Of a DNA stretch of 48,987 bases, positions 13,540-26,350 are shown one piece after another. Under the pieces are notes generated by a model. It saw only the letters and a program-made list of their open reading frames with translations, made no database searches and had not been told where the DNA came from. Every line of letters starts with the position of its first letter. The stretch's first letter is position 1. Both the position numbers and the translations under genes were made by a program. Location: positions 6,182,485-6,231,471 of the forward strand of contig NC_068990.1 in assembly GCF_001194135.2 (NCBI RefSeq). Reading direction: 5' to 3'. The DNA comes from Octopus bimaculoides (lineage: Eukaryota).

Positions 13540-14090
13540 TGGCTATAGAAGCTGTAGATTTCTCATTAGTTCCACATTGGTATTCTCCTTTTCCGCAATT
13601 TCTGACATCCACAAACAGCCAACCTCTACGACACTGCATGATGTTTTCTCTCTGTCCCCCTACAACGCTGTCAGGTTTATCGTGCTTACACCCAGTCGTT
13701 ATTTATTCTTTATTTGGGTTCTACTGTGCTTTCGATATGGCCGTCAGGACGATTATTCTTGCATATAGCATTGTAGACGGTTTCTGCAACAATCTCTTAT
13801 CTCAGGGAAGATAGTGTTTTGCGTATAGTTTTGGACAGCTACTGATGAAATAGGTATCTTCCTCGCTGGTATAGCAGAATCGATATTTTCAATCACAACA
13901 TGGTCTAGAGGCATCCTTATCTCTTTTATTGACTATATAATTAGTAGCTACCTCCTGTTCTTGACTAGCAAAGGCATAACTTTTCTAAGTGAGATAGGAT
14001 GTACATATCGCAAGTCTGGAAGCGGTTACTATTCCTGTTAATGCATTCTATAGCCTGAGAAATACGTACCCTTGCAGTATTGTACCTCTG
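13540..14090 (-). mobile_element. Relic of a restriction-like-endonuclease non-LTR retrotransposon (R4/Dong-like)
   Basis: SHLE-YAFASQEQEVATNYIVNKR; RFCYTSEEDTYFISSCPKLYAKHYLP (decayed CCHC knuckle); IVAETVYNAI; KHDKPDSVV-DREKTSCSVVEVGC (PD..(D/E) nuclease region). Contains frameshifts and stops. Confidence 0.72.
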
Positions 14091-14574
14091 CTAGTATTGT
14101 ATTTCTCTTCCAACTCTCTGTTTATGTGTAAATGCGTGCGTATGTATGCATGCATACAAAGGTTTGGAGATGCACGTATATATGCACGTAAGAAAGAAGG
14201 CAAACATATGTGGGGCGAAGTTAAGGTATATAAATAACATTCGTTCTGTAAAGAATATCTTATTCTAAATAAAACTTATATGAGGGAAATAACTCTTGAA
14301 GAAGTTATCTTTCTTAGTTCAATCAGCTTTAATGAGCTAGAGTCGAAGTTTACAAGAAATTAAGATTCTCTTTCTCTCCTTCTCTCCCTCTCATATGCAT
14401 GTTCACGTGTGTGTAAGTACACACACACAATACACATACATGCATATACATACATACATACATACATACATACATACATACATACATACATACATACATA
14501 CATACATACATACACACAAGGATGCTTGTAAACTATTATATATATATTTGAAACTTATAGAAAAATAAAAGACA

Positions 14575-14646
14575 AAGATAGGTGTATGAACAACAAGCCG
14601 GTGTATTAGTTTGACGTTCGGGAAAGTGGGAAAGTCTTTTACGTTT
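14575..14646 (-). mobile_element. Second copy of the 11340-11440 repeat, truncated by a gap
   Basis: Shares gtgtattagtttga..cgggaaag..ggaaagtcttttacgttt with 11360-11410. Confidence 0.5.
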
Positions 14647-15170
14647 NNNNNNNNNNNNNNNNNNNNNNNNNNNNNNNNNNNNNNNNNNNNNNNNNNNNNN
14701 NNNNNNNNNNNNNNNNNNNNNNNNNNNNNNNNNNNNNNNNNNNNNNNNNNNNNNNNNNNNNNNNNNNNNNNNNNNNNNNNNNNNNNNNNNNNNNNNNNNN
14801 NNNNNNNNNNNNNNNNNNNNNNNNNNNNNNNNNNNNNNNNNNNNNNNNNNNNNNNNNNNNNNNNNNNNNNNNNNNNNNNNNATATATAAATATAAAGTAA
14901 CGGCTATTTGCCAACATAATGTGGCTGTCCCAAAAGGGACGATGCTACTGTTGTTTTAGCCCCAAAAAACATCGTTTCTAGCTGGTTATACGACACACTA
15001 TCAGTGTCCTTATATTTTCAAACAGGGACCTCAGCTTTCCCATCAAGCGAAACAACATCTGTGCAAATAGCCTTTACTTTAAAGAACTGTTACTGAATGT
15101 CTGTCTTTGAGAGATTTAGAAATAATATTTCTATTTTATATGTATGTATGTATGTATGTATGTACGTGCG

Positions 15171-15225
15171 TATGGCCGCAGTCAAATTACTGAAACAAGT
15201 AAAAGAGTAAAAGAGTAAAGAGAGT
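15171..15225 (+). mobile_element. SINE family A 3' tail
   Basis: atggccgcagtcaaattactgaaacaagt(aaaagagt)n, same as 438-482. Confidence 0.7.
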
Positions 15226-15808
15226 CAGAAAGAATGAGGCTAGAACATCTTTTAACATATTTCTACTTGGTCACGGTTGAACTGGGATTAAATAACAACA
15301 ACAACAATTAAAGATATTAATTTATATTAGTTTATTTATATTATTTTTTTTATAAAATGTGAAAAAAAAATGGGGGTTTTTTTTAAATAATATATAGTGA
15401 AAGAAATATCAGTCAACAATTAGTTTTTTATAACCAACAAATATACATGTATACTTATATATATACACTTAACAGAGACATAAAGTGTGCGTGTGTGTGG
15501 GGGGGGGTGATATACATGCACATACATATCTGCATGTGTGTGATTTTTAAACAATAGATAGAAGTTTAGCAGTGACTTGAGCTTGATAGCTAGACTAAAA
15601 AAATTTACTATCTGGAATAAAGCAAATATTTTCATTAACTCAGAAATAATTTTTAAAATAGCAAAAAATAATTGAAAATGATAAAAGAGAATAGAAATAC
15701 TTAAACATTCTATAACCAAAAAATTCAATGAAGTCAAAGCTTAAGTGCCAAAGGAATTTTACATTAAGGAATGGAACGTACAGTTTCCTGTAAGACAGAC
15801 CATTTCGT

Positions 15809-15959
15809 GGTCCCAGAAGACGAAGTGGAAAATGTGTTACCCTGGTGGATGGCAATGGAAATGTGCTGGAACAGCCATCTCCACCCTGATAGTGGTGAGC
15901 AGGGATATGGTCCAGGGGCCAAGAACGCCGGTCTCCACTGCCACAGGCTTGACTATGAA
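15809..15959 (-). mobile_element. Relic C-terminus of a CRE-like RLE retrotransposon
   Basis: FIVKPVAVETGVLGPWTISLL, then after a frameshift RWLFQHISIAIHQGNT. Matches the FxPxAVETxG and WLFQRxSxAxQRGNA signatures. Confidence 0.7.
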
Positions 15960-16644
15960 CCTTAAAATTTATTTTTCATGTCCACATTGATCAGGCTATA
16001 ACAACAACAAAAACAGTGGACTGTAAATTTCTAAGAGTGTGTGTATATATATTTATATATATTTATATATATATAGGAGGGGCAATAACTCAAAATTTTC
16101 AGAAATGTGGGTTAAGTTCCTTGGATTGTTAATTAAAATATTCTTAGTTGATTGTATGTCTACATCGACCAAAGATCGGCGAACAGGGGTAAATTACCCC
16201 AAGTGGGGTAAAAATGAAATTCTTGGAGATAATGAGGACTCGTTAGACATAAGTAAAATTACATAAAAAAAAAACAAAAAAACGTGTTCCTTGTTACAAC
16301 AGAAATTTTTCTTCTGGCAACACTGCATATGTCCAGTGTTATGGACGTGTAAATAGAGTCATATAAATAGATTCAATAAACCTTTTGAATTCAAAGAATC
16401 CATGGTTTTCTTTTCCTTTCAAATCAAGGAGATAACGTCGGCGTAAATAAAAATTTATGAAGGGCAGCTCTTCTTTTAAATATTTTATAGGGAAACATAA
16501 CTGCTTTCTGGATTTTGTTTTTTCTTACCTTTTTTATTTTATAAATATTTCCTCAAAAGTTATCTATATACGAAAGATTAAATTACATAAAATTTCCAAG
16601 GTCCATATATGTATACATATAAGTATATTGATATGTCTGCATAT

Positions 16645-16709
<65 letters not shown>

Positions 16710-17173
16710 CACNNNNNNNNNNNNNNNNNNNNNNNNNNNNNNNNNNNNNNNNNNNNNNNNNNNNNNNNNNNNNNNNNNNNNNNNNNNNNNNNNNNNNNNN
16801 NNNNNNNNNNNNNNNNNNNNNNNNNNNNNNNNNNNNNNNNNNNNNNNNNNNNNNNNNNNNNNNNNNNNNNNNNNNNNNNNNNNNNNNNNNNNNNNNNNNN
16901 NNNNNNNNNNNNNNNNNNNNNNNNNNNNNNNNNNNNNNNNNNNNNNNNNNNNNNNNNNNNNNNNNNNNNNNNNNNNNNNNNNNNNNNNNNNNNNNNNNNN
17001 NNNNNNNNNNNNNNNNNNNNNNNNNNNNNNNNNNNNNNNNNNNNNNNNNNNNNNNNNNNNNNNNNNNNNNNNNNNNNNNNNNNNNNNNNNNNNNNNNNNN
17101 NNNNNNNNNNNNNNNNNNNNNNNNNNNNNNNNNNNNNNNNNNNNNNNNNNNNNNNNNNNNNNNNNNNNNNNNN

Positions 17174-17487
17174 GGGCAGCTCTTCTTTTAAATATTTTAT
17201 AGGGAAACATAACTGCTTTCTGGATTTTGTTTTTTCTTACCTTTTTTATTTTATAAATATTTCCTCAAAAGTTATCTATATACGAAAGATTAAATTACAT
17301 AAAATTTCCAAGGTCCATATATGTATACATATGTGGACCTTGGAAATTTTATGTAATTTAATGGTTTGTAGATAATTTTTATAGATAACTTTTAAGGAAA
17401 TATTTATAAAAAAAAAGGTAAGAAAAAAAAACACAGAAAGTAGTTATGTTTCCCTATAAAATATTTAAAAGAAGAGCTGCCCTTCAT
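17174..17487. mobile_element. Palindromic MITE-like element (Tc1/mariner-type TA flanks)
   Basis: Long imperfect arms centred on atatgtatacatat. The right end is cccttca|ta, and the duplicated left arm at 16457 begins ta|tgaaggg. Confidence 0.65.
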
Positions 17488-18589
17488 ATGTGTAAATTTA
17501 TAAATATCCCTATTCCAATATTTCCTATCCAAAATGCCCAATCGTAAATAAAAAGTATATATTCCAGATATAAATATAAATCCTAGTAAGCCATGTCTTT
17601 ACAGTAACAGTCAAGATGAAGGCAGTGTTAGTACTGTGTCACTGAAGGTTGTTTTAGCAGCAGTACTCATTACTGGATTCAAACCTTCATGAGTACAAGG
17701 TTTTAATGCAGGGAATAAGCATGATGGTGTCATTAACAGGTTTGCTTCCTACAATATGGTTTCATCTTCAGTCCTAGACAGCAGCATGCTTAACATCATT
17801 CATCAACAGCCTTGAGTCAATAAGAGTCCTGTGAGTGGAATTTGGCACACAGGAAATTTGTGGAAGCCCATCATAAAAATTGTTCTTGGATTGGGGTGGC
17901 TGACTAATATGCCATCAAATCTGGCATCACCACCTGACCCTCAGATGCCTTTAGCAGAATCCATTCTTTTTACAAACATTTGAAATAGGTCTACTATCTG
18001 AGAATAAGTTGCTTTCCTTTCTACCTTAAAAACTAAAACACATTCCAGAACTCCAAAGTATCACCACACCTTCTCATAGTAGAGTTCTAATGCCATATTT
18101 TTTGACATACAAGTCACAACCTAAATTTACAACCAAAAAGGTAGGTCAACTTACACATCAAGACTAAAAATTCTATGTGAAATATAGCAGGATTTGGAAA
18201 GAGAATGAGAATGTTTCAACATTTACACTACATAATATGTCAACTTATAAGCCAGAAAATACAGCAGTTAAGAAAGAAATATTGTAGTATGAGCAATTTT
18301 AAAATAACAATCACAATATTTTGCTGCATTTACTTCCATTCAAACACTGACATTACCATGAAAGAAACTGTACTGTGTGATACCTTATAACTTATTCTTT
18401 CAAGATACTGATTAGCTTGAGAAATACTGCTTTCTTACTCTAGAGGAGGTCTTACACAGGCTTTTCTACTGTAATTATTTGAGCTCAAAATTCAATACCC
18501 AAGTAACAAAACCCTAATTAGTCAGAATGTTAGCCATAGCATTTCACTTCTTTGTTTATGGCCCTACTCTAAGTATGTGCTTGTATTGG

Positions 18590-18850
18590 AACCAAAGAGA
18601 GGATTTATACCTTTAGCGGTCAGGGTAATCCTGGATCTGTGAAGTTCCTAGATTGGCCCTAGTTGGAGTTTCTCCTGTATCAGGAGGACTGCATCATTCA
18701 TGTTATCACATACTTTGTATACTATGTGTACTTTTACTGCATTTCATTATCTTTTCTATTTCTTTCTCCCTATCCGTTATGTAAATCCCCGCACAAATTG
18801 TTGTCTCCTTTTGATACTACCCCTCATTTATACCCCTGTGGCTAATAAAT

Positions 18851-18884
<34 letters not shown>

Positions 18885-18925
18885 CCACCACCACCACCAC
18901 CACCACCACCACCATCACCACCACC
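18590..18925 (+). mobile_element. Possible LINE 3' end with (CAT)n(CAC)n tail
   Basis: Pyrimidine-rich UTR-like stretch ending cccctgtggctaataaataaaa, then a trinucleotide tail. Confidence 0.3.
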
Positions 18926-19309
18926 ACCATCATTATCATTATTTATTTATTTAACTTGGGTTTTGTTGAAAATCTTGTAATCTTGCATGAGTTGTGGACT
19001 TGCTACTTGTAGCCATGCTATTTGTTATTTTCAATTATCTAAAGCTTCCCTGATAATTCTGGCCATACCAAAGAGGCAAACATTTTGAAATAGCTCAGCT
19101 GGACACTCTATTCCCATTTCTTTTATATTCCTCTCAATAAATTCTGAGACTGTCCCCAAGACCCTAACAACAATCAACATTATCTTCACCTTTTTCATCT
19201 CCTATTTAAAAGGATTGCATGTGTCTATTTTTTCACCTTGCTTCTCAATTACTCATGAGGCAAATGAACATTATTATCATTATCATTATTACTTATTTTA
19301 TCAACCCTG

Positions 19310-19670
19310 AAAGGGTTGATAAAATAAGTACCAGCCAAATACTGGGATCAAAGTAATCGACCAACCTCTCCTGCTGAATTTCAAGCCCCATGTCAATACT
19401 AGAAAGGATTATTATTGTTGTTGTTACTATTATTATAATTAAGGCAGTAGATTGGTAGAATTGTTACAGCATTGCACAAAATGCCTTGCAACATTTGTTC
19501 TAGCTCTTAACATTCTGCATTCAAATTCTGCCAAGATCAATTTGCCTTTCATCTTTACAGTAACATGAAGAAGTACTGATCAAATAGCGATGCTTTTATC
19601 ACCTTACCCTCCCCATAATTTCTGGCCTTGAGCTAGGGCATTTGAAGCCAATAAATGAAAGAATTATTAT
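19310..19670 (+). mobile_element. Two adjacent CpG-depleted SINE family B copies (3' half at 19310-19420; full-length at 19441-19670)
   Basis: gataaaataagtaccag and ttcaaattctgccaagatcaatttgcctttcatc motifs. Confidence 0.65.
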
Positions 19671-21036
19671 TAGTTAGCTGACAGAGAAAGAAAATGCCTT
19701 TAATCCTTCCAATCTATTCATAGCCCAAAGGTATCTGGAAAGCTTGGTACAATTAATAATGTTGATCAAGATTATGTTGGGGTTTAACCTACATCAATGG
19801 TGATACTGTGAATCTCCTATATGGCCAGCATATCAGACACCTTCACAAAACATAGACCACTGCATGTTGCACTGTCTGGGGACTTCATTCCCTGAGGCAG
19901 GATATAGAACAATCCATGAAGCTAACTAGGAACATGTCAATAAGATCTTATACGAAAATATAGAGGAGTGAGATTTACTGTATGGAACAAAGACAATCTC
20001 AATTAAAATTAGCAAATGTTATTGGCAAGAATGTAGCATGTGTAATTTCAAAGACTCAGCAGTTCCTGGTGCTTTTAACACTTGTAAATTATACATTCCA
20101 GTTGCTCAGAGTCGTAGGATACAACTCCACAGGAGAAGCTTTTAAGGGTTAAGCAATTAATAAATTATATCCTTCACCAAAATGAGAAACTGGCCATATG
20201 CTTTGGTCAAAAGAAATAATTATACCAATAAAGCAGAACTCCCTAAAATCTTTACTTTGCCCTTGTCATTTTATCTATGTTTAAAGCACATGACTCCTTA
20301 TCAATATTTTTTTTTAACCTAGAAGAAGTGCCCATGGCTTTTGCAGGCCCTCTAAGACCAGTGAGATTGGTGCCATAATGTTTCTCTTGAGCTACTGCAA
20401 GCCAACACCAGCAGGAAACACATGAGGAGGGACTTCCAGGGGACCAATGTTCTAAGAAAATGAATTGGACATAGTGATCAGATTAGAACCTATGAGTGGA
20501 TACAGCAGGAGTGTGATGAGAGAAGAAAAAAGTAGGTCAGAAATGCCTGAATTGAGGTGACACAACATCAGCCAGCTCTAAGGAGCAGAGGTCAATTATG
20601 TCATTAAAACTTAAAACCTTACGACTATCCTCATCATATTATTTACAATACACTGGGATGTCACAATACCTGTTGGATACCACTGTGATAAAGAATGGCA
20701 GTGAAGCATTATATGTGAACACATTGCTTGCTGGTGGTTTCCAATATTTCTGTGACCTCATCACCCTATGCCTAAGTTACATAACATTCTCATTGACATT
20801 TCATAGTCAACTATTACCTAAATATCATATAAAAACCCACTTTTTTCTGTCAAGGGCTTAAATGCCCCAATATTAGACTACTCTTTTTAGTCAACACAGT
20901 GATCGCTTATAAGCTTTAAACTTATAAATATTATTATTTACATAATTTTGACTTTCGTCACGGCTTCTACATGTAATGCAGAAATGCACATATATATATA
21001 TATATATACATACACACACACACACATAACACATAT

Positions 21037-21093
<57 letters not shown>

Positions 21094-21864
21094 CCAGAGA
21101 GAGAGAAAGAGAGAGTGCTTGCCAAATACACACTGTAACAGTGGTAGCAGGACACACACCAAAATAAACAACCTAAAATATGGCGAGCTTATGAGGGAGC
21201 CTCTACATAGTTGTTCAATCAACTAAAGACAACAGTCATAGCTCCTTCAAATCATACACACCCTGCCAGTTTTAAAAATAACAATAAAAATACAAGGACA
21301 TACTGGATAATTAGCCTGAGATATAAAATTATGCCTGAAAAGATGGGATGGTCAATGCTAGAACGCCTTTTAACATAGCTGAGCTGGATCAGGGCCGACT
21401 AAAAATTGAACAAGATGGTGAAAACTTTTACCCTAATGACTGGTACTTTGACTTTTAACACATATCTGTCTTTCATTAAATATTTATCCCATTAATCCTT
21501 CTAATATAAATAGCTTTTGTGTTGTTTTGTTGGTTTTGTTCTTTATTTGGTTATTCAATTTCTTTCTTGTTTTGTGTTGAAGTTTCACAAAATAATTCTT
21601 TTTAAGACTATTTTGAGAATAAGGAATGCAGTGTAGATATAGATAGCAGGACAAGAAAAAAGAAGATGGTGGATATGAAGGAAATGTGTTATTCATATTT
21701 AGCTTTATTCTGTTTGGTATCAAGTTCAAATTCCACTTATGAAACACATTGTGTTCCATAACTTTTGATAGTATGGGAGGGGAATCAATACAATGTGTGA
21801 GGTTGAGTGTGTACATTAGCAATGCAAGCAGTATTAATTCAGAATAGCAATCTACATATCATAC

Positions 21865-22077
21865 TTAATGTGGATATACTGTAGAAAGATAAAACACTGC
21901 CACTGCAGTATTTGCCTTGAGAAAGCATCTTGTATAGATATATAGTGCTAAAAAGCATCTCATTTATATGTATAGTGTTAAAAAGCACAAGACTTTTCAG
22001 CACTATACATATAAATGAGATGCTTTCTCATGATGAATATTGCAGTGTTGTGATTTTCTACTGTATATCCACATTAA
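21865..22077. mobile_element. Palindromic MITE-like foldback element
   Basis: Terminal 23-mers ttaatgtggatatact/agtagaaa match 22/23 in inverted orientation, with further inner inverted blocks. Confidence 0.65.
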
Positions 22078-22536
22078 TATATACAGAATAATACACACAC
22101 ACACACACATACACACACATATACATAAATGTATACCCACCCACTTACAAATGCTTGGCCTTAGATTCTAGTAAAGGAACTTACAATAACAACAAAGGGC
22201 AATGGGTTAGCAAAATTAGCAATGAGTTTATCACCCAGTTTTTTGTTGAAATCTCCTCATAATCAATGTAGTTCTTAATTAACCTGGAAATATTCCCTTT
22301 TTTCCCATTGAGAGGGAAGGAGGGGCGATATTAAAATTAATTAGCCACTGACACAATGGTATTAATTCCATCAATTGTACATTTTGCCCTACAAGAGACA
22401 GACCTTGAGTTTCCACATAAGCAAACATTACAGAAACAGCCAACAGTTACAAGAACACAAAAAGACAATGACAACAAATATAAAACAAGTCTGATAAAAA
22501 GAATAAGAAATTCCTAAAATCCACAGCAATCTACTG

Positions 22537-22637
22537 TCAAAGACTTTCAAAGTCCACACATTGTGTTACTAATTCACGCAGTTTCGGATTTTCCATGGCA
22601 GCAGCTATTCGTTCTTTGTCATTTATCTGCCGGTTTA
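22537..22637 (-). CDS. CIAO2A: CIAO2A coding exon 5 ([32 protein letters not shown]-stop)
   Basis: 101 coding nt, acceptor gttattttcag, TGA at 22539-22537. Contains the hallmark KQINDKERxAAAMENP. The five exons sum to 438 nt, i.e. 145 aa plus stop. Confidence 0.96.
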
Positions 22638-23198
22638 CTGAAAATAACAAAAATACGAACTGTGAAAATTGTGAAAAATAATTTTAAAATGGTGTATTAT
22701 GTGAACACTGGAAACAGTAAAATATATTGCATTAATGTGTATTAGACTAAATGCACAATAGTCCTACAAGTTAAAAGATGTGGTTACTGTATTTTCTGGC
22801 AAGATGATGTAGCATGTAGTGTAAACATTGAAACATCATCACTCATCATTGTCTTTCCAAATCCTGCTGCATTTCACATGAAGTTATTTGTCCTCCAAAT
22901 TCGTCTTGGTATATAAGTTGTCCTGCATTTGTTGGCTGTAAATTTTGGTTCAAATAATTCAAGTTCTATGCTGGAAAATACAGTACAAGAGTTGGCAAGA
23001 CGAAGGACATCCCAGCATAAAACACGGCCTCAAGACTGGACCAGTTCAGTCACAAGGCTCCACATTTGAACCCACTGTACAACACCTTTATACAAGTATT
23101 TTCTACCATAACTTTGGCCGAAGCCTTGTGAATGAAATTTTGTAGACAGAATAGGTGTGAAAGACTATCAGATACCAATATATATATATATATATATA

Positions 23199-24081
23199 NN
23201 NNNNNNNNNNNNNNNNNNNNNNNNNNNNNNNNNNNNNNNNNNNNNNNNNNNNNNNNNNNNNNNNNNNNNNNNNNNNNNNNNNNNNNNNNNNNNNNNNNNN
23301 NNNNNNNNNNNNNNNNNNNNNNNNNNNNNNNNNNNNNNNNNNNNNNNNNNNNNNNNNNNNNNNNNNNNNNNNNNNNNNNNNNNNNNNNNNNNNNNNNNNN
23401 NNNNNNNNNNNNNNNNNNNNNNNNNNNNNNNNNNNNNNNNNNNNNNNNNNNNNNNNNNNNNNNNNNNNNNNNNNNNNNNNNNNNNNNNNNNNNNNNNNNN
23501 NNNNNNNNNNNNNNNNNNNNNNNNNNNNNNNNNNNNNNNNNNNNNNNNNNNNNNNNNNNNNNNNNNNNNNNNNNNNNNNNNNNNNNNNNNNNNNNNNNNN
23601 NNNNNNNNNNNNNNNNNNNNNNNNNNNNNNNNNNNNNNNNNNNNNNNNNNNNNNNNNNNNNNNNNNNNNNNNNNNNNNNNNNNNNNNNNNNNNNNNNNNN
23701 NNNNNNNNNNNNNNNNNNNNNNNNNNNNNNNNNNNNNNNNNNNNNNNNNNNNNNNNNNNNNNNNNNNNNNNNNNNNNNNNNNNNNNNNNNNNNNNNNNNN
23801 NNNNNNNNNNNNNNNNNNNNNNNNNNNNNNNNNNNNNNNNNNNNNNNNNNNNNNNNNNNNNNNNNNNNNNNNNNNNNNNNNNNNNNNNNNNNNNNNNNNN
23901 NNNNNNNNNNNNNNNNNNNNNNNNNNNNNNNNNNNNNNNNNNNNNNNNNNNNNNNNNNNNNNNNNNNNNNNNNNNNNNNNNNNNNNNNNNNNNNNNNNNN
24001 NNNNNNNNNNNNNNNNNNNNNNNNNNNNNNNNNNNNNNNNNNNNNNNNNNNNNNNNNNNNNNNNNNNNNNNNNNNNNNNNN
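23199..24081. other. Assembly gap (N run)
   Basis: Largest gap. Others at 3876-4367, 6824-6840, 11584-12009, 14647-14881, 16713-17173, 35293-35373 and 44627-45148; most abut simple repeats. Confidence 0.99.
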
Positions 24082-24100
24082 TATATATATATATATATAT

Positions 24101-24360
24101 ATGGCTCAGAGGTTGGAGCATCAGGCTCACAATCATGAGGTAATGAGTCTGATCCCTGGACTGGGCTGTGTTGTGTTCTTGAGTAACTCATTTCCACACA
24201 TTGTAGAAATGAGTTGAGACATCACTGGTGCCAAGCTGTATCAGCTTTTGCTTTTCCCTTGGGTAACATCAGTGGCGTGGAGAGGGGAGGCTGGTCTTCC
24301 ATAAACAACTTTGCCCAAATTTGTGCCTCGGAGAGTAACTTTCTAGATGCAATCCTATGG

Positions 24361-24362
<2 letters not shown>
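24101..24362 (+). mobile_element. tRNA-derived SINE (third family) in CIAO2A intron 4
   Basis: tRNA-like head atggctcagaggttggagcatcaggctcacaatcatgagg..gagtctgatccctgg with A/B-box-like motifs. Confidence 0.7.
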
Positions 24363-24424
<62 letters not shown>

Positions 24425-24489
24425 GAATGAAAGTCACAAAAGAAGCCATGTACAGAGAACTGACTTGGATTACGCCAAACGCAGCATAG

Positions 24490-24670
24490 CAACATGCCAT
24501 GATGTAGAAATGTTTGTCTATCAGCTAGGGGCTTGAAACGACACATCAAAGTGCATGATGATCAACAAGTGGCTCCTGTTGTTGAGGATAATCATGTATG
24601 TAACATTTGTGCCAAAGAGCAGAGGTCACTTGCTGGTCTGAAAAGTCGCACCTGTGCTGCTCACACATGA
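24490..24670 (+). mobile_element. Relic C-terminus of an RTE-like ORF with two C2H2-type fingers
   Basis: C-H-(frameshift)-CRNVCLSARGLKRHIKVH, then HVCNICAKEQRSLAGLKSRTCAAH-stop. Resembles the C2H2 ending of RTE ORFs rather than the host ZNF style. Confidence 0.55.
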
Positions 24671-24774
24671 GACCAATTCTGAAATATTTCAAGCAATATT
24701 AATACTTGAGAATGAGGAAGTAACCTTGTCCCCTGTGACCTTCTCCAGCTGAGCATCACTAATCTTGCGGGCTT

Positions 24775-24915
24775 GTAGGTGATGGTGCCACATAAAAGGC
24801 ACCCATGCTAGTGCTGTGTAATAGTACCCAGTACACTCTGTAAAATGGTTGGCATTAGGAAGAGCATCCAACCATAAAAACCATGCCAAAACAAACATGG
24901 AACCTAAACAGCTAT
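24775..24915 (+). mobile_element. Diverged RTE-tail-type fragment
   Basis: ggttggcattaggaagagcatccaaccataaaa matches the family motif with CpG-type changes. Confidence 0.55.
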
Positions 24916-25725
24916 ACAGCATTTTTCCCGACATGCTAATGATTCTGCCAGCTTACTGCTTTTATTTTCTCATAGAGTAATAAAAGGATGGATGAAAGAC
25001 TTCTGTGAGTTAGCTATCAGCACATTTGGGAAAAATTGGCCACTTCTGATCTTCCAAATGGCAAAGAGTGTGAAACATGAGTAAAATGTGTGAAGATAAT
25101 GACATACAAATAATAAATACAAATCTGTGTGGAATCTTGCAAGTGAGGGATTGACTGGTCACCTGTACAGTCTTTTATTTATGGCTATGACTCAAGAATT
25201 CTGAACAGAGACAGGCACTTAGTCACCTACAGTTGACTCTATTCAAATGAAAGCATTCAGGACCAATCAGGTCTCCGGCCTGAAGATACTGCCAAATCTT
25301 GATATGCTACTTCTTGCGAAAGTAACTTACGAATCCTGCTTCCTATCTACCCCTATCTAACTAATCTTACCAGTACTAGAAGCCCCACAAAGATCACGGT
25401 CTCTGCATAGCTCCATTTCATACCTGATTTAGCAGACTTTTGATCAATAGCATTCTAACCATGACCTTCTCATCTTTTATCCATGTACAGGAAACCAGAT
25501 ACTGCATTATCCAACATATGCATTTCTAAGATGACAGAGTGTGATTCAAAGGAGATTTAGGTGCTGTTTCTAGCATGTTGAGTGACCCTGTAGAAGCTCT
25601 CAAAAGCCTGAATAAGGAAACAATACACATGAACCAAACCCTTGGGTGTGTTGGTGACCAACTCTGTGACAATTTCAAAACAAGTGAAATGAATACCAAA
25701 AGTGGAAAGAAAGAGCATTACTTAC

Positions 25726-25771
25726 TGTCTTCCTCAATATCATGGCTTCCTTCTTTCACAAAAATGTCCAA
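25726..25771 (-). CDS. CIAO2A: CIAO2A coding exon 4 (LDIFVKEGSHDIEED + first nt of I)
   Basis: 46 nt, acceptor tttctttaacag, donor gtaagt. Matches FAM96A LEIYISEGTHSTEED. Confidence 0.93.
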
Positions 25772-26350
25772 CTGTTAAAGAAATCATAAATAAAGGAATT
25801 AATTTTAAAATGCCAAAGATAAACAGATGAGGCCACAATACCATTTCTATGTTAGTAGTCCACAAATGATACATCATGGATTTTTCAAAAATATAGTAAG
25901 TATAAAAGATAAAGACCTCTTTCGGTCATGACTGACCATGGGATTGCACCTAATTCAAACTAAAGTCTGCTCAGCTATGGCTAAAAAGGAGAAGGTGAAT
26001 CTACTAACCAAATCACATACAAGAATTGCAGTTAGCCAGATCAAGAAGGTACAGGGCTATGAAACAATGTCAACAGTTCACATTCTGCAGTTGGCACTGC
26101 ACTTTATTGCATTGATGTGACAAAAATCTCAGGCTGGGAATGGCTAACATAGATCAATCAACTAATCAAATATTCAGTAATTTAAATCAGGGAATTTGTT
26201 TTTCTATAGTCCTAAAAACTGTCAAACAGTTACTGTCCTGGGTTCAGACATCAAAAGTTTAGTCGACCCAATTAGCCAAACACCTTATCAACCCAGCTAT
26301 TTGTGATTTTCTTATTCCAACAGAAGGGACTGAGTTAAGAAGAATTATGT

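Noticed and set aside
23103-24217. Long ORFs of 200-360 aa spanning N gaps (also at 3684-4784, 11546-12243, 16457-17375, 44382-45306)
   Set aside because: Their length is due to X codons from N runs.
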